Assembly (NCBI GenBank): GCA_951406725.2
Contig: OX597835.1
Location: 38,998,001-39,062,000, forward strand
Reading direction: 5' to 3'
Length of the DNA stretch: 64,000 nucleotides
Origin: Octopus vulgaris
Taxonomy: Eukaryota
The notes beneath the pieces are model-generated. The model made no database searches, was not told where the DNA came from, and saw nothing but the letters and a program-made list of their open reading frames with translations. Each line of letters begins with the position of its first letter. Position 1 is the stretch's first letter. The translations under genes were made by a program, and so were the position numbers. Positions 54,568 to 64,000 of this stretch are shown one piece after another.

Positions 54568-54984
54568 ATAACGAATGGAACGATAGCTGAAGACTAAGGT
54601 AAAATATAATACCAGAAAACAGGTTGAAAATACTTTCCATTGTCTCAACCATTTCTGCAGCAGTGGAATGATAATACAAGATTAAAATGAATTAATAGGA
54701 TAGATTAAACATTCCCACAAAGTGTATGTATGGAGCGTGACCAAGGTCGCGGTTTCGATTTCCGGACCAGACTGGGCGGTACGTTGCGTTCTTGAGCAAA
54801 ACAGTCCAGTCAGTCAGCTGTAAATGAGGTACGTTTCGACAGATGAAACTGGGTAACCGGGATTCAGACTGGGTAACCGGTCCTGAGTCCGATGACCTAT
54901 GACAATACTTAATTTTGAAAAGCAGCATAGATGTGAATGGAACTGTAAGCAGAAGTCTAAAACTAAGATAAAATACTATACTAG

Positions 54985-55372
54985 TCACTTCCCAACCACG
55001 TGGTTTCGTGTTCAGTCCCACTGTGTGGCACCTTGGGCAATGTCTTTTACTATAGCCTCGGGCCGACTGAAGCCTTGTGAGTGGATTTGGTAGACGGAAA
55101 CTGAGAGAATCCCGTTGCATATATATGTGTGTGTGTGTGTGTATTTGTGTTTGTGCCTGTTTCCCCACCACCACCACCACCACAATCGCTTGACACCCGA
55201 TGTTGGTTTGGTGTGTTTACATCTCCGTAACTTAGCGGCTCGTCAAAAGAGATCGATAGAATAAGTACTAGGCTTATAAAGAATAAGTCCTGGGGTCAAT
55301 TTGTTCGACTAAAGGCGGTGCTCCAGCATGGCCGCAGTCAAAAAACTGAAACAAATAAAAGAAATAAAAGAA
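54985..55372 (+). mobile_element. SINE family A
   Basis: Body and tail homology. Confidence 0.9.
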
Positions 55373-55867
55373 TTACAGGGCAAGATTTCATTTGAAATAA
55401 AAGAGTAAGATATAATGCATTACCTGCCAAATACTAGAGAAGATTTAATATTCCGATGAAGATATGACGATAATAGATGTCTAAGACAAAATAAAATACG
55501 AGTCAAATACGGTGATAGATTTACTGTTCTTATATAAACTAGATGACAGCGAGATTATAATAGACGACTAAGATACAATACAGTACCGGTCAAATGCTTT
55601 ATTTGCTCGACCTCCCGAAGAGATGAAAGGTAAAGTTGGCCTCAGCGGGAATTTAACTCGCCGCGTAAAGAGACGGAAGAAATGCCGCTTAGCAGTTTGT
55701 CCAACGCGCTAGCGATTCTGCCAGCTGAAGTTGAAAGGAGAGATGAATAGGAGAAAACAGAGCTTTACATCCGCATGGTTTAAAAAAAAAAGTCGATTGG
55801 TTGCAACTGATAATGAACGCAACACCACAGAAGTTTCTTACGTGAACAATCACTGCTAGAAGAACAA

Positions 55868-56198
55868 AGGCGCATGGCTCAGTGGTTCGAGCGTCGGACT
55901 CACAATCATGAGGTAGTGGGTTCCATTCCCGAACCGGGTTGTGTGTTGTGTGCTTGAACAAGGCTTTTTATTTTACGTTGTTCTAGTTCACTCAGCTGTA
56001 GAAACACATTGCAACGTCACTGGTGCCAAGCTGTATCGGCCTTTGCCTTTCCCTTGGAAATCGTCGGCGGGGGGAGATAGGAGGATGGTATGCAAGGGTG
56101 ACTGCTGGTCTTCCATAAACAACCTTGCCCGGACTTGTACTTGAGAGGGGGATTTTCTAGGTGCAATCCCATGGTTATTTATGACCGAAAGGGGTCTC
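55868..56198 (+). mobile_element. tRNA-headed SINE (B-like head, different body)
   Basis: ggcgcatggctcagtggttcgagcgtcggactcacaatcatgaggtagtgggttccattccc. Confidence 0.65.
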
Positions 56199-58738
56199 CT
56201 CAGAAGAAGGACGAGTAATGGAATGAAGAGAAGCAGGTCAAAGTCATGAGTGAGATGGAGGAAAAAGATGAAGAGAGGGGGAAGGATAACAAGGGTGTTA
56301 AGGAATTCAGACGTGGTGAAGGAGCAGAATGTAAAACCTTCATTTACACCTGTTGGTGACGTGGTGCCAAGTTCGAATACGAAACATTAATAGTGAAGTG
56401 TTGTCAATACACTAATAATGGCTTCATGCAAATGTATCGCAATTATTCAATCGAACTTCAATGGCGACCACTCTGCCATATTTTAGACGAGAGTATGATA
56501 CTAAATATAGTGAGATTTCATGAGATCACAAACGAGATGATGAAAAACGAACTGGATAAATAAAAGCAAGGGAAACAATCACTATTACAGTTATAGCAGT
56601 GTTTTTTGGTTACTGTTAGTGTAACGCTACTTTTATGTTTCTTATTTGGAAATAGATAAATATATTTTACTTTTGAAGTAGGGATATATATTGATAAACC
56701 CGTCACTTATAACTTACCTATAAGTGTTATCATTATATGTAAATCCATACTCCAGCTACATAAACGCTATAGCAAGAAATATATTCGCTGAAACGCTAAC
56801 GGACATTTTATGCGTGCATGTATGATGAAGATAAATAAAGTCGTGTTCTTTTAACCGCTATAAAAAAAATACACAGTTTCATAATTACAGAAATAAATTT
56901 CATTAATAAGTTGAAGAACGTGAAGAAAGAGAAAATAATTACTACATTAGTTTATTTATGTACATTTAGCATTTTTAATATTTATAATACAGTTTGAAGC
57001 AAAGTAATTTTGTCGTAGAGAATTACGACTTAAAATTTACTCTAATTCTTCATACTAACTATATAGATCTCAACAATTCAAACAAGTCTTGTTAGATTTT
57101 TCATAGACATGGCATAAAAAATAACCAATGTCTCAAAGGAATGAGTGTCGTGGAGTTTAGTAACATCCCACAAAACACTAAAGTTTTCCCCAAAATCCAG
57201 GGTTTTTATAACTGCTCAACTTGACTTTAAAGAATTCAAATCACAAAAAAATATTCTTTAATTAATTTTCAGAATTCCTATATGAACAGTTATTTCAACC
57301 AATGAGAAAACGACAATCATATTTCTTCGGCAATACGACATTACGTCATATTACCAGCTGCCAGAAATTGGCGGTACTATTTGAAACGGCTGCATGCTAC
57401 ACAGTACATGAAAAATTGCTTTCCTTATGTATTCAGCGTCTTTGTTTCGTATCATCTGAGATCTCATAAAATCTGGTATTGCACTCACACCATTATTTAA
57501 GTCACAACTGAACAATTCCGGATATATTAGTGTGAAACCATTGGTATCCTATTAATAATACACTTCTGTTTAAAAATTATCTGTACACGATTGCAGTGTT
57601 ACACTGACTTGTGCATGCATGTATATATGTATGCGTGTAAAACGTATGTGTGCACGTGCGTGTATGTATACGCAAATGTGTTTGTATAATTGAAAATTAA
57701 GCCCTCACCATCAGCTGTCTCACAAAAGATTACAGCAGTTTCGACCCGTAAGACAGACCTGCACATCTGATGAGCATCCATAATCAAATGGTTTTCCTCT
57801 GATTTATTCGCTTCTAGTCATACTTTACAGCTATGATTGCCGCTAAAAAACGGTTATGTACATTTTCATACGCTTCCTTCTCTAATTGCATTCACCCTCT
57901 CTTTGCTCCCTCCTCTTTTTCAATTCTTTCTTTCTTATCTCCATGTCCTTTTCATTTCTTTATTTTCTTTCTTTTTGACTTCTCCTCTTCCCCCTCCCAC
58001 CTATGTCTATATCTTCTTTGTCTACCTTCTTTCCACTCTTAACCCCTCACTTCCTGCTTTCCTTTGACTTCTGATCCCCCTCTCTCTCTCTCTCTCTGAG
58101 CTTTGCGTTCCTCTATCGACCACACGAGTGCTTCACTTCTCCAGTATTTTCTTAAGGGCTTCAACCAGCATTCATCCTGTATTTCCTTTCCCTTTCTTGT
58201 CTCAAGTGTTGCGCATTTCCTTTGCATCGCTTTCTTTTGTTTTGTTACCATCGTTATCGATTAACATTTTATTTTTAAAAACTGTTTTGTATAACTTCAT
58301 CGCAACTAAGCCTTTGTGTTTTATTATTTCTGTCCTAGATGCAACGATGTTCAGCTAATAAGGTCGCGCGTTCGATTCCCGGACAGAGCGGTGCATTGCA
58401 TCCTTGAGCAAGGCACTCCAACATACCAAGCTGAAAATAAGCCCTACCTGAATTCTTGCATAGCTCTCCCTCTCTCCCTCCTACTGCCATATCCTCTAAG
58501 TCCTGCTGAGTCAAAAGTAGAAGAGCCAAGAGCGTGTGTATGCTTCCTTGTGATTCTACAGGCACCTGAAACGTTTAACGTAAGCGTGGTAGATGTATCT
58601 AAAACGATTAGCGAAGCGTGGGACCAAATCACACAGATTTGAGCGTTGCAGCTTAGAATAAACCTACAATTGCGTTTCGATACTTTTTTTGTTGTTGTTT
58701 GTTCCTTCTCGAGACATGCCTGGCTCATAAGGGTCGGA

Positions 58739-59160
58739 GGAACTTTTCGGTTTAAACGGCAGTTTTTTCTAGCGGTGTCATATGAAATTGTCACCCATAA
58801 TTATGACCCTAGTATCGATCTATTGCATTTCAATCTGTTTCAGGTTTAGGGTTTTGTTAGGGTTAGGGGTGGGGGAAGGGTATCTTTTCTCTTCAGAAAT
58901 GTAAATAAACCCAATCTGTTTCTTAAACGAGGGACATATTCATACGGCACAGAATGTTTTCACCTCAATAGACGTCATTGATTGGTTGAAATTGCAGAAA
59001 TTGAAGAAAAAAGACAACTATCTTACAAACTATAGAATTTTCTCAATAAAGCCAAGAGAAAAAAATGTTTTATAAACACATTCTACCAGTATACGAAGTT
59101 TAAAAGTGTTTAGTTACGTGGAAATTATTTTAAAAACTGCCGTTCAAACCGAAAAGATCC
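58739..59160. mobile_element. MITE with ~29 bp TIRs, probably Merlin superfamily
   Basis: Left ggaacttttcggtttaaacggcagttttt and right aaaaactgccgttcaaaccgaaaagatcc are inverted. Termini are GG...CC, and the flanking 8-mers gggtcgga / tggccgga match at 6 of 8 positions (decayed TSD). Confidence 0.8.
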
Positions 59161-59282
59161 TGGCCGGATTCAAATAACAAAAACAAATACAAGATAATAG
59201 ATAAAAAATATAATAATGTAATCAAATGCGGGCTTTATTCGGACTGTTCTTTTCTTTCTCTCCGGCATATTTCATTTTTTCT

Positions 59283-59317
59283 CTTTCTGAGGAAGAGTCA
59301 TGCTCGAAACGTCACAT
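59283..59317 (+). ncRNA. Hammerhead motif with canonical core, helix I decayed
   Basis: CTGAGGA-A-gagt-cat-gctc-GAAAC-GTC. Confidence 0.5.
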
Positions 59318-59727
59318 TCGACTCTTTTTTTTTTTTTTTTTTTTTTTCTATTTTAAACTGAGCAGGCAATCTAATACATTCAGTGTACGTCATTTTGACT
59401 TTTGTTGTGTTTTATTTTGTTTTTATATTTGCTTTTTTTATGTATATTATACTATATTATACATATACATGATATATATGTATACATACATATATATGCA
59501 TATATATATTTATATATGTGTGTGTGTATATATATATATATATACATACTTATATATATACATATATATATATATTTATTTATTTATTTATTCATTTATA
59601 TATGTGTGTGTGTGTGCGTGTGTGTATGTATATATCTTCTATACACATATACACGCATAAATACACTTACGTACATATTTCTTTCTCCCCCCTCTCTCTC
59701 TCACTCCTTTTTTCTCTCTCTCTCTAT

Positions 59728-59765
<38 letters not shown>

Positions 59766-60575
59766 CGTGTGTGTGCATGTGTGTGTGTATGTGTGTGTGT
59801 GTGTGTAGTGTGTCTTTAGCGTACATAAATAATATGCATGTCTCCTGTGACTTATTTTCGTTATCTCGCATTTTCCGCTCCCATTCTTTAAAAATGCTGA
59901 ACGCGGGGGTATAAGCGCACTCACACACACAAACACATACACACACACACACACACACTCATACACACTCACGCGTGGACGAACATACACGCATGACTGC
60001 GCATGCACACACACAGACACACACATCATTGTACACACTTGACTCCGATCTACCCTCAAATCTGTCAGTCAATGCTCCTATCACATTTAGTTATTATCTC
60101 TCCTCCTTATCCTTTCCCTCTGTGTGTGTGTGTCTCTCTCTATCTCTCTGTCGCTCTCTGTCACTCTATCGTTCGTACCTGCCCTTTACCTCTCTCCTCG
60201 TGACACACACACAAGCAGCACCTCCGCCCGTCCTCTCCTGCCGTAGTACCTCCATCCACCCTTCCACCTACCACATCCCGCTCCATCTAGTGTCCTCCTA
60301 CTCCCGTATTCCCATTGCTTCTTCTACTCCGCTTCACGTTGGCGTAGATTCATCGTGATGGTGGTGGTGGTGGGGATGGTGGTAAAAGTGGTGGCGGCGG
60401 CGGCGCTGGGGCAATGGAGACGTGTTTAACGAAGCAAATTACGAATATACACATAAATAATATATACATACATAGTTATATACAAGCTTACACATATGAC
60501 ACATACACACATACATACATGCATGCATACATACACACACATACAAATACATACATACATACATACATACATACA

Positions 60576-60609
<34 letters not shown>

Positions 60610-60697
60610 CATGCATGCATACATACACACACATACACATACATACATACATACTTACATACATACATACATATATATATACATACATACATACAGA

Positions 60698-60837
60698 TGT
60701 CTGATGAACGGCAACGAGAAACTCAGAGTAACAGATTTTGTTGAATTTTCTGCTGCTTAAAATAAAGCATATTACTCTACCACTGGTATTTGAGTACTCT
60801 TTTTTTCCACCTTGTTTCACATTTATGTGTTTACTCC

Positions 60838-60840
<3 letters not shown>
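60698..60840 (+). mobile_element. Short hammerhead-bearing repeat
   Basis: tgt-CTGATGA-A-cg-gcaa-cg-A-GAAACTCAGAGTA-aca at 60698-60733, then AATAAA and a (TA)n tract. Confidence 0.5.
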
Positions 60841-60913
<73 letters not shown>

Positions 60914-61024
60914 TACATGCATACATACGTATATACGGAGAGACGCACCTGACACTTTATAAATGCATAAATACACGAGCACACATATACACACACACAC
61001 ACACACATTCATACACATAGGTTA

Positions 61025-61063
<39 letters not shown>

Positions 61064-61070
61064 ATATCTA

Positions 61071-61108
<38 letters not shown>

Positions 61109-61110
<2 letters not shown>

Positions 61111-61509
61111 CGCAGGAGTGGGTGCGTGGTAAGAAGCTTGCTCCCAAATACATGGTTCCAGGTTCAGTCCCACTGCGTGCCACATTGGGCAAGTGTCTTC
61201 TACTATAGCGTCGGGCCGAACAAAGCCTTGTGAGTAGATTTGGTAGACGGAAACTGAAAGAAGCCCATCGTGTATAATACATGTGTGAGTGCGTGTGTGT
61301 GTGTGTGTGTGTGTGTATCTGTGTTAGACGCCCCATCATCGGTTGACAACCGAAGTTGATGTGTTTACGTCCCCGTAACTTAGCTGTTCGGCAAAAAGGG
61401 ACCGATAGAATAAGTACTAGTCTTACAAAGAATAAGTCCTGGGGTCGATTTTTTGGACTGAAGGCAGTGTTCCAGTATGGCCGCAGTCAAACGACTGAAA
61501 CAAGTAAAA
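61109..61509 (+). mobile_element. SINE family A, full length
   Basis: Head to tail homology. Confidence 0.9.
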
Positions 61510-62163
61510 TATATATATGTGTGTGTGCGTGTGCGTGTATGCATGTATATATAATACACATACAAACATATACACAAATAAATATATACTGGTGCTTGTT
61601 TAGATTGCCTGTATATATATTTATAGAGAGACAGGTAGCTAGATAAATAGATAGATGGATAGATAGATAGATAGATATACATATAAATATATATATACAT
61701 ATATATACCTTTGTCTGTCTAGGGTGTGCATGTACGTACGTACGTATCTGTGTAACTTATATAATGGCGTATATAAAACGTAAGTGTTCGTAGCAAAGCC
61801 ACAACGAAGGCTGTGAGCTAGGTGCAAACAAACATGTCCCTCCATTTCTACACAACATCCCACCGCAAACAGCGGCTGTGCATTGAGCAATGTACACTTA
61901 TCTCTTGCAGCATACAACGTTGCCTGCATTTCACCTAAAAGCACACACAGACTGCTGGATGATGTGATGGGGGCGGCGGCGGCGACTGTGTTAGTGGTGG
62001 TGGTGGTGGTGGTGGTGGTGATGGTGGTGGTGGTGGTGGTGATGGTGGTGATGGTGGCGGCGGAGGTGGCAGCGGTAGTGGTTGTGGCGGAGTTGGTTGT
62101 TGTGGTGTTCGCTGTGGTAATGGTGGTGAGGCTATGTTACTACACGATTTAGATATATGTCTA

Positions 62164-62282
<119 letters not shown>

Positions 62283-62290
62283 ATATATTA

Positions 62291-62338
<48 letters not shown>

Positions 62339-62953
62339 TACATATATGTGTGTATGTATGTATATATATATATGTATTATGTATGTATATATATATACAT
62401 ACATACATATATTTATATACATATATATATCTATCTATATATATATACACATATATATATACATACATATTTACACACACCCACATATGTATATATATAT
62501 AAATATATATATATATGTAAATATGTATGTATATATACATATATATAGTTGCATATGCATGCATATATGTATGTGTACACACACCCCAGTATATATATAT
62601 ATTTATATATATATGTATGTATATATATTTATGTGCGTGTGTATGTGTGTGTGCGTGCGTGCGTGCGTGTGTGTGTGCGTGCGTGCGTGCGTGTGTGTGT
62701 ATGTCTGTATGCGTATATACTTAACGATCTAAATTAAAGATCAATAAAATAAGTGGCAGACTGAAATAGGTTCTGGGGTCGATACGATCGACTGAAATAA
62801 ACCTTTGAAGGCTCTGCTCCAGCATGGCCTCAGTCCAAGTTCTTAAAGCTGTAAAACAATAAACGAACATAAAATATATTCGCGCGTGTATATGTGTATA
62901 CACACTGACACGTTTGTGTGTGTCTCTCTCTCTTTCTGTGTATGCACCTGCAG

Positions 62954-63007
<54 letters not shown>

Positions 63008-63068
63008 TGAGAGAGAGAGATATATAGATATATATACATACATACACTCACACACACACACACACACG

Positions 63069-63151
<83 letters not shown>

Positions 63152-63934
63152 ATACACCCAGACATACGACTGCCGTGTAGAATTTCGTGAAATCCACTCA
63201 ATTACCCAAATGGAAAAAAAAATGGTGCGATATTACGAGGTAATATTCGCACACTGCGCGCGCACTTAGACGAGCACGCTCACACACACACACATTTGCA
63301 AGTATTCAGTTACACACTCCATTTATCAGCCACACACAAATTTCGCAGATAAACCCATATACACACACCTACAAATGAGGCGCAATGGCATGTCCACATT
63401 TCTATATACGCATTTTACACGTATACATACATATATAAATACACTCACACATACACATAAACACACACATCCATACACATACACGCTCTCTCGCTCTGTC
63501 TCTCTCTCTCTCTCACACATACATACACACACACACAAGAAAATCTGTCAGTCTCGCGTACACGCATGCAGAGATACACACACCTATTCATGCATGAACA
63601 ATTTCGCAAGCACTCATACACATTTGGGGAAACACACGCTTGCACTTTGCACTTATGCATATAATTACACACACACACATACACACATACATACACACAT
63701 ACACACATACACACATACATACACACATACACACATACACACACACACATACAGACAGACATGTATAAACTAACAAGTGCACAGCCGTATACGTACATTT
63801 TCAGAAATATATTCATATACATCTGTCAAATGTCATAAACACATCAACTATCCGTCAAGCATGAATGCAAACACGCATCCAGAGAAAGACAAAATTTACA
63901 CGTGTGTTGGTGTATATATGTTTGTCTATATATA

Positions 63935-64000
63935 GGCGCAGGCGTGGTTGCGTGTGAAGAAGCGTATTTCCCAACCACTTAGTTCCGGGTTCAGTCCCAC
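63935..64000 (+). mobile_element. SINE family A head, cut by the window edge
   Basis: ggcgcaggcgtgg...ccgggttcagtcccac. Confidence 0.75.

Overview
This is AT-rich, microsatellite-saturated eukaryotic DNA. The repeat families and the 5S sequence point to a mollusc, probably an octopus (inference). There is one convincing protein-coding gene: an intronless minus-strand LRR-Ig single-pass membrane protein with Kekkon/LINGO/AMIGO-like architecture (34058-35458), preceded by an in-frame 358-codon open extension. Nearly all other listed ORFs are microsatellite artefacts. The rest is mobile DNA: at least three tRNA-headed SINE families, a decayed Tc1 transposon with nested inserts, a probable Merlin-type MITE, and a decayed Penelope-like element (RT plus GIY-YIG). 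The most striking pattern is a set of about nine short elements, mostly next to (TA)n or (AAT)n tracts, carrying minimal type I hammerhead-ribozyme motifs with palindromic helix III. They include a G3:C8 covariant core and a tRNA-headed SINE with a hammerhead/Penelope-type tail; two fold-back palindromes appear centred on a hammerhead helix II. A 5S rRNA-headed SINE-like unit is also present. Coordinates were read by eye, so element boundaries may be off by a few bases.
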